This document shows positions 17,938 through 27,689 of a stretch of 64,000 bases of DNA, piece after piece. The DNA comes from an uncultured Gemmatimonadales bacterium (GTDB taxonomy: Bacteria > Gemmatimonadota > Gemmatimonadetes > Longimicrobiales > RSA9). A program made the position numbers and the translations under genes. Each line of letters opens with the position of its first letter. The first letter of the stretch is position 1. Below the pieces are notes generated by a model that did no database searches, was not told where the DNA came from, and saw only the letters and a list, made by a program, of their open reading frames with translations. The DNA lies in NCBI GenBank assembly GCA_963816355.1, contig CAWFKH010000003.1:480001-544000 (forward strand). The letters run 5' to 3'.

Positions 17938-18261
17938 ATGAAGGGCGGCAGGGCGGTCAAGACCATGGGTCTCATCGTCCTCGTGCTGGGCGCGGCGGCG
18001 GCGCTCGGCGCCCTCGTCGTGCGCGACCAGATCTCACGCAGCCGACGCGATCTGTTCAGCGCGCAGCCCCTGCGCCGCCTCGCCGCGCTCAGCTATCTGG
18101 CGGGCCACGACGGCAGCGTGGAAGTGGTCCAGCTCCTGCGCGACTTCATCGCCTGGGAGCCGCGGCCGCTGATCCGCAAGCGCGCCGTCCAGATCGTGCA
18201 GCGGATGGAGCGGTCGATGAAGGCGGCGGCGGCGACCCAGCCCGAAGAGGTCGCCGGATGA
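17938..18261 (+). CDS. hypothetical protein, N-terminal TM helix plus HEAT-like helices
   Basis: GGAGGAGGAG RBS; hydrophobic GLIVLVLGAAAALGALVV; stop overlaps mglB start (ATGA). Confidence 0.75.
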   Translation: MKGGRAVKTMGLIVLVLGAAAALGALVVRDQISRSRRDLFSAQPLRRLAALSYLAGHDGSVEVVQLLRDFIAWEPRPLIRKRAVQIVQRMERSMKAAAATQPEEVAG

Positions 18262-18752
18262 GGAGCGGCGACGGGATCGGCTCTCTCGCTGCCCCGGATC
18301 TGGAGCGCCTCGGTGAGATCCTCGAGTCGTACCGGACGGGGACACGCGCCCGTTACGCCGCCCTGATCGACCGGGGCGGTCAGCTTCTCACCGCGACCGG
18401 CGACACGCGCGGCCTCGACGACACGTCCTTCGCGTCGCTCGCGGCCGCGGACTTCGCAGCGAGCAACCAGTTGGCGGTACTGCTCGGGGAGGAGGAGTTT
18501 CGGGCGCTCTTTCACCGGGGCGACGGTGAGGGGATGTACCTCCTGGACGTCGCCGGCGCCGCGATCCTCGCGGTGATCTTCGGTCAGGATTCGACGCTCG
18601 GCCTGTTGCGGTTGAAGAGCAGGGAGGTGCTGCCAAGGCTGGCGGAGGTCTTCGCCGAGCTGAGCGGCCGCCGGAGCGCCCAGGTGTCGCCGTTCGGCGA
18701 CGGCTGGCTCGCCGAGGCGGAGGACGAGATCGACCGCCTCTTCGGCGGATGA
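18258..18752 (+). CDS. mglB: Roadblock/LC7 protein MglB
   Basis: [10 protein letters not shown]...[27 protein letters not shown]...TLGLLRL; precedes mglA. Confidence 0.9.
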   Translation: MRSGDGIGSLAAPDLERLGEILESYRTGTRARYAALIDRGGQLLTATGDTRGLDDTSFASLAAADFAASNQLAVLLGEEEFRALFHRGDGEGMYLLDVAGAAILAVIFGQDSTLGLLRLKSREVLPRLAEVFAELSGRRSAQVSPFGDGWLAEAEDEIDRLFGG

Positions 18753-18768
18753 GCGGAGGAGTCGGCCG

Positions 18769-19347
18769 ATGTCGATGATCAACTACGCGAGCCGGGAGAT
18801 CAACTGCAAGCTTGTCTATTACGGTCCCGGCCTCGGCGGCAAGACGACGAACCTCGAGTACGTCTACGACAAGGTCCAGCCGGAAACGCGCGGAAAGCTG
18901 ATCTCGCTGGCGACGGAGACGGAGCGGACGCTCTTCTTCGACTTCCTGCCCGTGGACCTGGGCGCGATCCGCGGCTTCAAGACGCGCTTCCACCTCTACA
19001 CCGTTCCGGGGCAGGTCTACTACAACGCGAGCCGCCGCCTCATCCTGAAGGGGGTCGACGGCGTCGTCTTCGTGGCGGACTCCCAGGTCGAGCGCATGGA
19101 CGCCAATCTCGCCTCCATGCAGAACCTGTTCGAGAACCTCGCGGACTACGGCTACGATCCGTATCAGCTCCCGGTCGTCATCCAGTACAACAAGCGCGAC
19201 CTGCCGAACGCCGTCCGCAGCGACGAGCTTCGTGCGCAGCTGAATCCGATGGGCTGGCCCGACTACGAAGCCGTGGCGGTCACCGGCAGCGGCGTCTTCG
19301 ATACGCTCAGGGCGGCGGGCAAGCTGGTGTTGAAGTCCCTCGGCTGA
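18769..19347 (+). CDS. mglA: small Ras-like GTPase MglA
   Basis: [44 protein letters not shown]. Confidence 0.96.
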   Translation: MSMINYASREINCKLVYYGPGLGGKTTNLEYVYDKVQPETRGKLISLATETERTLFFDFLPVDLGAIRGFKTRFHLYTVPGQVYYNASRRLILKGVDGVVFVADSQVERMDANLASMQNLFENLADYGYDPYQLPVVIQYNKRDLPNAVRSDELRAQLNPMGWPDYEAVAVTGSGVFDTLRAAGKLVLKSLG

Positions 19348-19354
19348 GACGGAC

Positions 19355-19999
19355 ATGCCGCTGATCCGGGCGAGCGCCTGGCCGAACATCATCACGGTGG
19401 CGCGCGTCGTCATGGCGCCCGTCGTCTTCCTGCTGGTCTTCCTGCCGAGCATCACCGCGCGCTCGCTCGCGTTCGTCCTCTTCCTCGCGGCGGCGCTCTC
19501 CGACCTGTGGGACGGCTATCTCGCGCGCAAGCACGGCTGGATCTCGGACTTCGGCAAGCTGTTCGACCCGATCGCGGACAAGCTGCTGCTCGCCGCCACG
19601 TTCCTTCCGTTCTACATCCTCTCGCACTCGACGCGGCCGGTGGGCGCCATCCCATGGTGGGGTCCCTTCCCTCTGTGGATCCTCCTCCTCGTGTTCGGCC
19701 GGGAGGCGCTGGTCACGGCGCTGCGCTCCGTCGCGGCGAGACGCGGCCTGATTCTGCCCGCGGGCGCGGCGGGCAAGCTGAAGGCGGTCTTTCAGAACAT
19801 CTTCGTCGGCTGCGTGCTGGTGTGGTACGCGCTGCAGACGGCGGCGCTGCGCTACCACTGGAGGGGCCGCTTGTGGGACACGTGGCAGGTGTTCCACGCC
19901 ACGGTGCTGAACGTGAGCCTCGGCCTCGCGCTGGCGCTGACGATCTATTCGCTCGCCGTCTACCTGCGTAGCTGGGCGGCCCTGCGCGCCTCGCCGTGA
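19355..19999 (+). CDS. pgsA: CDP-alcohol phosphatidyltransferase (PgsA-like)
   Basis: PNIIT..R, DLWDGYLARK...FGKLFDPIADK. Confidence 0.88.
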   Translation: MPLIRASAWPNIITVARVVMAPVVFLLVFLPSITARSLAFVLFLAAALSDLWDGYLARKHGWISDFGKLFDPIADKLLLAATFLPFYILSHSTRPVGAIPWWGPFPLWILLLVFGREALVTALRSVAARRGLILPAGAAGKLKAVFQNIFVGCVLVWYALQTAALRYHWRGRLWDTWQVFHATVLNVSLGLALALTIYSLAVYLRSWAALRASP

Positions 20000-21279
20000 G
20001 CCTCGTGCCGGCCGCCGAGCCGCGGCCCGCGGCGGGTACGATCGAGCTCGTCACGATCGGCAACGAGCTGCTTCTCGGGGCGACGCTGGACACGAACGCC
20101 GCCTGGCTGGGCCGCACGCTCGCGACGGCAGGACTCCGGCTCGCGCGCCACGCGACCGTAGGCGACGACGCGGAGGCGATCCGCGCGGCAGTCGCCGACG
20201 CCCTCGGGCGCAGCGGCACCGTTCTCTGCAGCGGCGGCCTCGGTCCCACCAGCGACGACATCACGAGGCCGGCCGTGGCCGCGCTCCTCCAGCGTCCGCT
20301 CCACGTCGACGCCGCCCTGTTGGAGGGCGTGCGCGCGCGTTTCGAGCGGCGTGGGCTCGTGATGCCGGAGTCGAGCCGGAACCAGGCGGAGGTCCCGGAG
20401 GGCGCCCGCGTCCTGGCGAATCCGCGCGGCACCGCGCCCGGACTCGTACTGGAGGACGAGCGCGGCGCCGTCGTGCTGCTGCCGGGCGTGCCGCATGAGT
20501 TCCGCGGCCTGGTCGCCGACGAGGTGCTCCCCTTTCTCCGGGCCCGGCTCGCGCCGCAGGCGCCGATCCTCCATCGTCTGGTGCGGACGTTCGGTCTCAC
20601 GGAGTCGGCCGTGGCGGATCGCGTCGAGGCGCTGATCCCCGAACTCGCTCCGCTCACGGTCGCCTTCCTCCCCTCGTGGACCGGCGTCGACCTGCGCGTC
20701 ACGTCGTGGGGCGCGTTCGCAGATGAGGTTTCGGCGGAAGCGCTGGATGCCGCCGCGGCGACGCTCGCGGAGCCGCTCGGCGCCCACGTCTACGCTCGCG
20801 CGGACCGTGACCTCGCCGACGTCGTGGGTGCGGCGCTGCGGCGCGGCGGACTCGTGGTCGCGACCGCCGAGAGCTGCACCGGCGGCCTCGTCGGCGAGCG
20901 GCTGACGGCGAGCGCCGGGGCGTCGGACTACTACCACGGGGGCGTCGTGGCGTACGACGACGACGCGAAGGTGAGCCTGCTCGGCGTAGCGCGGACGACA
21001 CTGGCGGAGCACGGGGCGGTGAGCGGCGAGACGGCCGCCGCGATGGTGACGGGCGTGCGGGCGCGGACCGCCGCCGACGCCGCGGTCGCGGTGACGGGCA
21101 TCGCGGGGCCGGGGGGCGGCACTGCGGAGAAGCCGGTGGGCACGGTGTGGATCGCCGCGGGGCTGGGCGAGCGGGTGGAGACGCAGCGCCTCTCGCTTCC
21201 TGGCGACCGCACGGAGGTGCGCCGGCGTTCCTCCCAGGGCGTTCTCATGCTCCTGCTGCGGCTGCTCCAAGATCGCTGA
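19996..21279 (+). CDS. cinA: CinA (molybdopterin-binding-like domain plus NMN deamidase PncC)
   Basis: IGNELL.G...DTNA, GGLGPTSDD, ATAESCTGG, TGIAGPGG. Confidence 0.94.
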   Translation: MSLVPAAEPRPAAGTIELVTIGNELLLGATLDTNAAWLGRTLATAGLRLARHATVGDDAEAIRAAVADALGRSGTVLCSGGLGPTSDDITRPAVAALLQRPLHVDAALLEGVRARFERRGLVMPESSRNQAEVPEGARVLANPRGTAPGLVLEDERGAVVLLPGVPHEFRGLVADEVLPFLRARLAPQAPILHRLVRTFGLTESAVADRVEALIPELAPLTVAFLPSWTGVDLRVTSWGAFADEVSAEALDAAAATLAEPLGAHVYARADRDLADVVGAALRRGGLVVATAESCTGGLVGERLTASAGASDYYHGGVVAYDDDAKVSLLGVARTTLAEHGAVSGETAAAMVTGVRARTAADAAVAVTGIAGPGGGTAEKPVGTVWIAAGLGERVETQRLSLPGDRTEVRRRSSQGVLMLLLRLLQDR

Positions 21280-21291
21280 ACGGGAGGTGGC

Positions 21292-22170
21292 GTGAACATC
21301 GCGCGCAACCACGGCTACCTGGACGGGGTGGGCCGCATCCGGCTGCAGTTCGCGAGCGTGGAGGTCCCGCGGCCGCGGGGCGTGCTCGTGCTGGTGCACG
21401 GCCTTTCCGACCACGGCGGGCGCTACGACGGCTTCGCGCAAGCAATGGCCGCGCACGGCTTCTCCACGTTCGCCCTCGATCTGCGGGGGCACGGCCGCTC
21501 GGAGGGCCGCCGCGGCCACGTCAGACGATTCGGCCTCTTTCTACAGGATCTCGAGCGGTTCCGCCGTGAGGTGCAGGGCGCGGTCTCGGCGGCGACGCCG
21601 CTCTTCCTCATGGGCGTCTCCATGGGCGGTCTCGTCGCCGTGCGCTACGCCCAGGAGTGCGAGGCGTCCTTCCGCGGCGTCATCCTCGCCTCGCCCTGGC
21701 TCGGGACCGCGCTGCACACGCCGGCCTGGAAGATCCACCTCGCCGATGCCCTCGATCGCGTGCTTCCAGCCTTCCCGTTCCCGCTCGGGCTCCGCCCGGA
21801 GGACCTCAGCCACGATCCCGCCGTCGTGCGGGGCTACCGCGCGGACCCGCTGGTCCACCAGCGCGTCACGCCGCGGCTCTTCGCGGAGGTGAATCGTGCG
21901 ATCTCGCGCGCGTACGAGCGCGCCGACGCCTTCCGCGCTCCGGTCCTGTTCCTCCTGCCTGGCGCCGACCGGATCGTCGACACGGAGCGCTCGCTCGCCT
22001 TCTCGCGCGCGGTCGCGTCCGAGGACGCCACGGTCCGCGTCTACCCGGATTTCTTCCATGAAGTGCTGCTCGAACGCGATCGGCGGCTGGCGCTCGAGGA
22101 TGTGAAGAGCTGGCTCGTCGAGCGCGTGGGGGCGCGCTCGGAGAACTCAGCCACGCTGCTCCGTGTATGA
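21292..22170 (+). CDS. alpha/beta hydrolase, lysophospholipase/monoacylglycerol lipase-like
   Basis: VHGLSDH..RY, DLRGHGRS, GVSMGG nucleophile, D and FHE. Confidence 0.88.
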   Translation: MNIARNHGYLDGVGRIRLQFASVEVPRPRGVLVLVHGLSDHGGRYDGFAQAMAAHGFSTFALDLRGHGRSEGRRGHVRRFGLFLQDLERFRREVQGAVSAATPLFLMGVSMGGLVAVRYAQECEASFRGVILASPWLGTALHTPAWKIHLADALDRVLPAFPFPLGLRPEDLSHDPAVVRGYRADPLVHQRVTPRLFAEVNRAISRAYERADAFRAPVLFLLPGADRIVDTERSLAFSRAVASEDATVRVYPDFFHEVLLERDRRLALEDVKSWLVERVGARSENSATLLRV

Positions 22171-22187
22171 GTCTACAATGACTCGTA
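22166..22187. promoter_or_regulatory. inverted repeat TATGAGTC-TACAAT-GACTCGTA enclosing a -10-like hexamer
   Basis: 8-bp arms with one mismatch around TACAAT (22174-22179), just upstream of the GGAGGAG RBS of the next gene. Confidence 0.5.
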
Positions 22188-22201
22188 AAGGACGGAGGAG
22201 C

Positions 22202-22825
22202 ATGAGGTTACCAGTTCTTTCCCTGGTGGTCGTCGCGGCGAGCCTTGTTGCCGGTCCCGGCGCTCTGAGTGCCCAGCACGGTTCCGGCGCACGGAACCAC
22301 ACGAGCGCTCGGCAGCCCTCGAGCGCCGCGCAGGTGCAGTGGTGGAGCTGGGCGCTGCCCCGGGTGGAGGGCGGCGCGCGCGTCCGCACCGCTTCCAACA
22401 CGGTCGTGATCGTGCCCCGGCGGGACGGCGAGCGCCAGGCGGCCAGCGGCGGACGCGGTCCGAAGTTCTGTCGCGACGGGCGGGGCCACCCGGTGCACGG
22501 GTGGCGGTGGTGCGAGGAGAAGGGCTTCGCGCCGCGGTCGATCTGGAGTCGCGGCGGCATCGGCGACGTGATCCTGCGGAATCCGACGCGGCGCGGCGCC
22601 CTCGATCGCGGCGGCCTGATAGACGTTCTCGGGCGCGTCGTGCTGGGCCGGCTGGCGGGCGGATCCAGCGCCGGCACGGGCGGCGCCCTGACGGGGCGCA
22701 TCTTCGTCCCCGAGCGTGGACGGACCGTCGTGCAGGTGCGCTCGGGCGCGGCGCCGCTCGCCGAGCTGACCGACCTCGACGGCGACGGACGCGTCGACGT
22801 CGTCCTCCTGGCGAATGGACGCTGA
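22202..22825 (+). CDS. hypothetical secreted protein with C-terminal DxDxDG Ca-binding-like motif
   Basis: GGAGGAG RBS, signal peptide, GPKFC..G.GHPVHG..WC..KGF, DLDGDGRVD. Confidence 0.75.
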   Translation: MRLPVLSLVVVAASLVAGPGALSAQHGSGARNHTSARQPSSAAQVQWWSWALPRVEGGARVRTASNTVVIVPRRDGERQAASGGRGPKFCRDGRGHPVHGWRWCEEKGFAPRSIWSRGGIGDVILRNPTRRGALDRGGLIDVLGRVVLGRLAGGSSAGTGGALTGRIFVPERGRTVVQVRSGAAPLAELTDLDGDGRVDVVLLANGR

Positions 22826-22846
22826 GCGCGACCTCCGGACACGCCT

Positions 22847-22875
22847 TTGTCGAATCGCGCTCCGGCTCCTATCAT
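22847..22875 (+). promoter_or_regulatory. grpE promoter TTGTCG-17-TATCAT
   Basis: -35 22847-22852, -10 22870-22875. Confidence 0.55.
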
Positions 22876-22924
22876 GAAGGCTTCAGAGATGGAGCCAACG
22901 ATCCACGGACTTCGAACGAGAATC

Positions 22925-23554
22925 ATGGCGGATGATCGCGGCGTAGGGACGGAGAGCCTGCACGACGGAGCGGAAGCCGCCGCATCTCCCGGCGCACCGG
23001 TGCCGGGCGATGGCGGTCCGGGGTTGTCGGGGGAAGGGGCGGCGGCGGGCGGGAGGGATGCGGCGGGCGACATCGGCGACGCGGCTTCGTCGCCGAGCGC
23101 CGACCTCGAGCTGCTCCAGCGCGAGATCGACGGGCTCAACGACCGGCACCTGCGGCTCGCCGCCGAGTTCGACAACTATCGCAAGCGGGTGGAGCGGGAG
23201 CGGGCCGATAGCCGGGACCGTGCGCAGGCGGAGCTGGTGTCGCGGCTCGTGGACGCCCTCGACGATTTCGACCGGGTCGTCGAAGTGGATCCTGCGGCGG
23301 CGAGCGTGGAGTCCGTTCTGGAGGGCGCCGGGCTGGTGCGCAAGAAGCTGAGGCAGAGCCTGGAGAGCGCCGGATTGAAGACGATCGATCCGGTTGGCGA
23401 GGCGTTCGATCCCGCCAGCATGGAAGCGCTCATGACCGTCCCGGCGGAGCACCCCGACGAGGACGAGGTCGTGGCGGACGTCCTCCAGAAGGGGTACCGG
23501 TTCCACGATGTCCTCCTCCGACCCGCCCGCGTGCGGGTGAAGAAATACGAGTAG
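22925..23554 (+). CDS. grpE: nucleotide exchange factor GrpE (start uncertain: 22889 or 22925)
   Basis: LRLAAEFDNYRKR, GEAFDP..MEA, QKGY....LLRPARV. Confidence 0.95.
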   Translation: MADDRGVGTESLHDGAEAAASPGAPVPGDGGPGLSGEGAAAGGRDAAGDIGDAASSPSADLELLQREIDGLNDRHLRLAAEFDNYRKRVERERADSRDRAQAELVSRLVDALDDFDRVVEVDPAAASVESVLEGAGLVRKKLRQSLESAGLKTIDPVGEAFDPASMEALMTVPAEHPDEDEVVADVLQKGYRFHDVLLRPARVRVKKYE

Positions 23555-23569
23555 CGGACCCCGACGAAC

Positions 23570-24694
23570 ATGGCCACGGCCACCAAGGATTACTACCAGA
23601 TCCTCGGCGTCGGAGAGTCCGCGAGCGCCGCCGACGTCAAGAAGGCGTATCGCAAGCTCGCGAAACAGTACCATCCGGACGCCAACCCCGGCGATCCGGG
23701 CGCCGCCGAGCGCTTCAAGGAGGTGGGCGAGGCGTACGCGGTCCTGTCGGACGACGAGAAGCGCAAGCAGTACGACCGCATGCGCAAGATGGGGCCGCTC
23801 GGAGGAGGGTGGCGGACCACCGCCTCCCAGCCCGGCGGAGCCGCGCCGCCCGGCGCTACCGAGGGCCACTTTTCGTTCGACGACCTCGGCGACCTCGGCG
23901 GCCTCGGCGACCTCTTCAGCTCCATCTTCGACCGCGGGCGCCGCGGCCGCGGCCGCGGCGCCGCCGGTGCGCAGCGGGGGCCGAACATCGACTACACTGT
24001 CGAGGTCTCCTTCCGCCTCGCCGCGCGCGGCGGCAAGATCGACGTCTCCATCCCCGTAACCGACACGTGCGCCACGTGCGGGGGCACCGGCAACGCCCCC
24101 GGCTCGAAGCCGGTCCCGTGCACCGAGTGCGGCGGAACGGGGATGGTCTCCTTCGGGAAGGGCGGTTTCGCCGTGCAGCGCCCCTGTCCGGCGTGCTACG
24201 GCCGCGGCCAGATCCCTACCCAGACGTGTCCTTCCTGCGGCGGCAGCGGCCACATCCGCGAGCAGCGACAGGTGCGCCTCACCGTGCCGGCCGGGATCGA
24301 ATCGGGATCCAGACTCCGTCTCTCGGGGCAGGGCGAGCGTGGCGCGGGTGGCGGGCCGCCGGGCGACCTGCTCATCACCTTCCGCGTGAAGCCCGATTCC
24401 TTCTTCCGACGCGACGGCCTCGACGTCCACTGCACGATCCCGATCAACGTCGCGCAGGCCGCCCTCGGATCCAAGGTCCGCGTTCGCACGATCGACAACA
24501 AGAAGGTCGTGCTGCGCATCCCGTCAGGCACGCAGTCCGGTACGCGCTTCCGCATCGCCGGGCAAGGAATCGAGAAGGCGGGCCGGCGGGGCGATCAGTA
24601 CGTCCAGGTGCGAATCGTCGTCCCGAAGGATCTCGATCCGGAGGAGGAGCGGCTGATGCGGGACTTCGCCTCCGCCGCCGAGCTGCGTTACTGA
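23570..24694 (+). CDS. dnaJ: chaperone DnaJ
   Basis: J domain HPD, G/F region, four CxxCxGxG repeats. Confidence 0.97.
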   Translation: MATATKDYYQILGVGESASAADVKKAYRKLAKQYHPDANPGDPGAAERFKEVGEAYAVLSDDEKRKQYDRMRKMGPLGGGWRTTASQPGGAAPPGATEGHFSFDDLGDLGGLGDLFSSIFDRGRRGRGRGAAGAQRGPNIDYTVEVSFRLAARGGKIDVSIPVTDTCATCGGTGNAPGSKPVPCTECGGTGMVSFGKGGFAVQRPCPACYGRGQIPTQTCPSCGGSGHIREQRQVRLTVPAGIESGSRLRLSGQGERGAGGGPPGDLLITFRVKPDSFFRRDGLDVHCTIPINVAQAALGSKVRVRTIDNKKVVLRIPSGTQSGTRFRIAGQGIEKAGRRGDQYVQVRIVVPKDLDPEEERLMRDFASAAELRY

Positions 24695-24803
24695 GCCCCC
24701 CGCGTCCGCTCCGCGCGACGCCTTTGCTGACTCGCGACACACACCACGGGAATCTTCCGCCCACGCCGCCCGCCTCGAGGGCCCCGGCGCCGTTCGCGCG
24801 CGC

Positions 24804-25835
24804 TCACAGCCCGCGTCCGTGGACGTAGAGCGCGAGGAGTCCGAGCGCGTAAACGAGGAGCATCAGGGCGGAGCGCTCGTCGATCCGCCGCTGCCGTCCT
24901 TTGGCGCGGTAGAAGATCGAAGCGAGGGCGATCGCCATGAGGACGACGCCGACGAGCGCGGAGAGCGCGTGTTCCGTGCCGACGGTGCCGAAGATCGGCG
25001 GACCCCGGTGCACGAGGTCGAGCGGCACGAACATCACCATGTTCAACGCGTTGCTGCCGAAGAGGTTGCCCACGGCGAGGTCGTAGGCGCCGATGCGGAC
25101 GGCGGCGATCGACGTGACGAGCTCGGGTAGCGACGTCGCGAGGCCGACCAGCGCGGTGCCGAAGAAGCTCGCGCCCAGGCCCGTCGCGTCGGCGAGGGTA
25201 CGCGCGGTGAGCGCGAAGAGTGGTGCCGCGAAGAGAATGAGTAGAGCGGCGCCCGCGAAGCGCCAGATCGCGGCGCGGAGCGGCGGCGTGGGCATCGCCG
25301 ACTCGGCCGCGTCTGCGCCGGCGGGACCCGCCATCTCCTCCGTGCGCGCGGCGATGCGGGCGAGAGAACTGTTCCGGAACACCGCCCGTGCACCGGTGAC
25401 GTACGTCACCACGAGCAGGATCGATCCGGGCCCGACGCCGGCGATGGGGAAGGGGAAGCGGAAGACGATGAAGAAGCCGGCCATGGCGGTCAGCGTGATG
25501 GCGAGCGCGGCGGAGAGGCCATTGTCGAGCGCCGCGCGGCGAAACACCTCGGCGCCGGGCAGTAGACTGAGCAGGGCGAGGACCAGCATGTTGGCCATGC
25601 TGCTTCCGAAGAGGTCGCCGGCGGCGAGGTCCGGGGCGCCGAGGCGGACGGCCGTGATATCGGCGACGAGCTCGGGGAGGGACGTCGCGATCGCGAGGAA
25701 GACGCTGCCGACCCAGATCCCGCCGAGCCGCGTGCGCGCGGCGATGACGTCGCCGCTGCGCGCGAGGCGGACGCCGGCCCCCACGACCAGAACGGCGCTC
25801 AGGAGGAAGCCGGAAACGGCGATCGAGAGCGGCAC
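24804..25835 (-). CDS. sodium:calcium antiporter family (YrbG-like)
   Basis: Two alpha repeats ATSLPEL, GDLFGSS / GNLFGSN. Confidence 0.9.
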   Translation of the reverse strand: MPLSIAVSGFLLSAVLVVGAGVRLARSGDVIAARTRLGGIWVGSVFLAIATSLPELVADITAVRLGAPDLAAGDLFGSSMANMLVLALLSLLPGAEVFRRAALDNGLSAALAITLTAMAGFFIVFRFPFPIAGVGPGSILLVVTYVTGARAVFRNSSLARIAARTEEMAGPAGADAAESAMPTPPLRAAIWRFAGAALLILFAAPLFALTARTLADATGLGASFFGTALVGLATSLPELVTSIAAVRIGAYDLAVGNLFGSNALNMVMFVPLDLVHRGPPIFGTVGTEHALSALVGVVLMAIALASIFYRAKGRQRRIDERSALMLLVYALGLLALYVHGRGL

Positions 25836-25838
25836 GTC

Positions 25839-27053
25839 TCAGCGCGACGTCGCTTCCGGCGTCAGTTCGACGGCGGCCGGATCGCGCGACGTCGTCACGG
25901 CGGGCGGCGGCGGCTCCAGTGCCCTGCGCGCGATGTCGAGCACGGCGAGCGCGAGCACGAAGACGACGGGTCCTACGAGGACGCCCGCCGCGCCGAAGAG
26001 GAATATGCCGCCGAGGACGCTGAAGAAGACGACGAGCGGGTGCATCTGGGCGCGCCCCCCGACGATCAGCGCCCGCAGCAGGTTGTCGACCGTGCTGATG
26101 ACGAGCGAGCCGAAGGCGAGGAGGGCGATGCCACGCCCGATCTCGCCATCGAAAAGGAGCAGCAGACCCGCCGGAAGCCAGACGATCGTGGCGCCCACGA
26201 CCGGCAGCAGCGAGAGGAGCGCGATGACGGCCCCCCAGAGCGCCGCTCCGGGAAGGCCCAGCACGGCGAACGCGAGTCCGCCGAGTGCGCCCTGGGCGAG
26301 CGCGACGGCGACGTTGCCGTAGACCGTGGCGAACATCACCTCCCGCGCGCGTTCGACGAGGAGGGCGCTCTGCCTCGCGTCGAGCGGGATCGTGCGCTCG
26401 ATCCGGTCCACGAGGTTGTCGCCGTCCCGCAGCAGGTAGTAGAGCGTGAAGAGGGCGGCGCCGGTCTGCAGCAGCCAGCCCGCGAGCCCGGAGAGGAAGC
26501 CGAGCGTCCGGTTCGCGAGAACGCCGGCGACGCGCTGGAGCTGTTCGCCGAGCGTGCCCCACGCGTTCGCGGGATCGAGCCCGATCTCCGCGGCGATCCG
26601 CTGGAATCGCTGCGCCAGGACGCCCTGCGTGTGGAGGAGCCCCGCGGCGCGTTCGCGCATGACGTCGATGCCGGTCACGATCTCGTGCCCGACCAGGACG
26701 GAGAGCGCCGCCGCGGGCAGGACGAGCAGGAAGAACACGGCCACGGTCGCGAGCCCGGCGGAGACGGGGCGGGAGCCGATCGCCTGACGGAACGGAAGGT
26801 AGAGCGGATAGACGAGAACCGCGACCACGGCGCTCACCGCGATCGCGGGCAGTAGCGGCCACAACATGCGCGCCATGACGTACGTCGCGCCGACGCCGAG
26901 CAGCAGGACCATGAACAGGCGGAGCAGGCTGCGCTGGTCCGCGTCGACGGTCGAAGCGACGTCGTCGGCCGCCGGCGCCCCCGCGATGATGGGCCGTTCC
27001 TCCGATCCATCCCGGGCGTCGGCCGGCCCGGAGCCTGGAATCACGTCCACCAT
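25839..27053 (-). CDS. AI-2E family transporter
   Basis: Multi-TM; SLLPVVG, DNLLR...MHP....SVLGG...FG..G...GP; AAGGAG RBS before ATG 27053. Confidence 0.9.
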   Translation of the reverse strand: MVDVIPGSGPADARDGSEERPIIAGAPAADDVASTVDADQRSLLRLFMVLLLGVGATYVMARMLWPLLPAIAVSAVVAVLVYPLYLPFRQAIGSRPVSAGLATVAVFFLLVLPAAALSVLVGHEIVTGIDVMRERAAGLLHTQGVLAQRFQRIAAEIGLDPANAWGTLGEQLQRVAGVLANRTLGFLSGLAGWLLQTGAALFTLYYLLRDGDNLVDRIERTIPLDARQSALLVERAREVMFATVYGNVAVALAQGALGGLAFAVLGLPGAALWGAVIALLSLLPVVGATIVWLPAGLLLLFDGEIGRGIALLAFGSLVISTVDNLLRALIVGGRAQMHPLVVFFSVLGGIFLFGAAGVLVGPVVFVLALAVLDIARRALEPPPPAVTTSRDPAAVELTPEATSR

Positions 27054-27191
27054 CGCCTGCTCCTTTCCCGTACACGAGGGTCGGCCGATCCCCACACACG
27101 ATGCGGCTTCGCCTGACGGCGCGATTCCTTACGGCTCGCTAGTCTGGAGACGAGACGCAGCTCCAGACGCGGCACACCGGAGACACGGACG

Positions 27192-27569
27192 ATGACCGAG
27201 CGGCAGCAGGCGCACCTCGAGAGCAGGCTCCTGGCGGAGCGGCAGCGCGCGTGGCGGCTTACCGGCCGCGTCGGCCTCGACCCGTTGCTGATCGGCGAGC
27301 TGGCCGGCATTCTCGTCGGGATCGACGCCGCTCTGGCCCGAATCTACGGCGACGCGGACCGTTTCGGCCATTGCGGCGAGTGCGGCGATCTGATCCCGTT
27401 CGAGCGGCTGGACCTGATGCCGTGGGCGTCGCGCTGCCCGGCGTGCGAGGCCGGGGTGGAGCGCGCGCGGGCCCGCGGTGCCGCGCGTGCTCCGCGGGCG
27501 CGGGCGACCGTCCGGTCGCCGGCCGAGCCCGCCGGCGTGCGCTGGCGACTCGGCCTCGGCCACGTTTGA
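27192..27569 (+). CDS. TraR/DksA C4 zinc-finger protein, short coiled coil
   Basis: IDAALARI...FGHCGECG..IPFERL...PWASRCPAC. Confidence 0.8.
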   Translation: MTERQQAHLESRLLAERQRAWRLTGRVGLDPLLIGELAGILVGIDAALARIYGDADRFGHCGECGDLIPFERLDLMPWASRCPACEAGVERARARGAARAPRARATVRSPAEPAGVRWRLGLGHV

Positions 27570-27689
27570 GGCGCAGCCGGGCGCGGCGGCGCCTGCCATC
27601 CTCGGAGTGGAACCGAAGCTGCGAAGCGAGTAGGTTGTGCCGGCCGCGTCGTGGCCAGGAGGACGACTTGCACCCGGATCCGAGGATGA

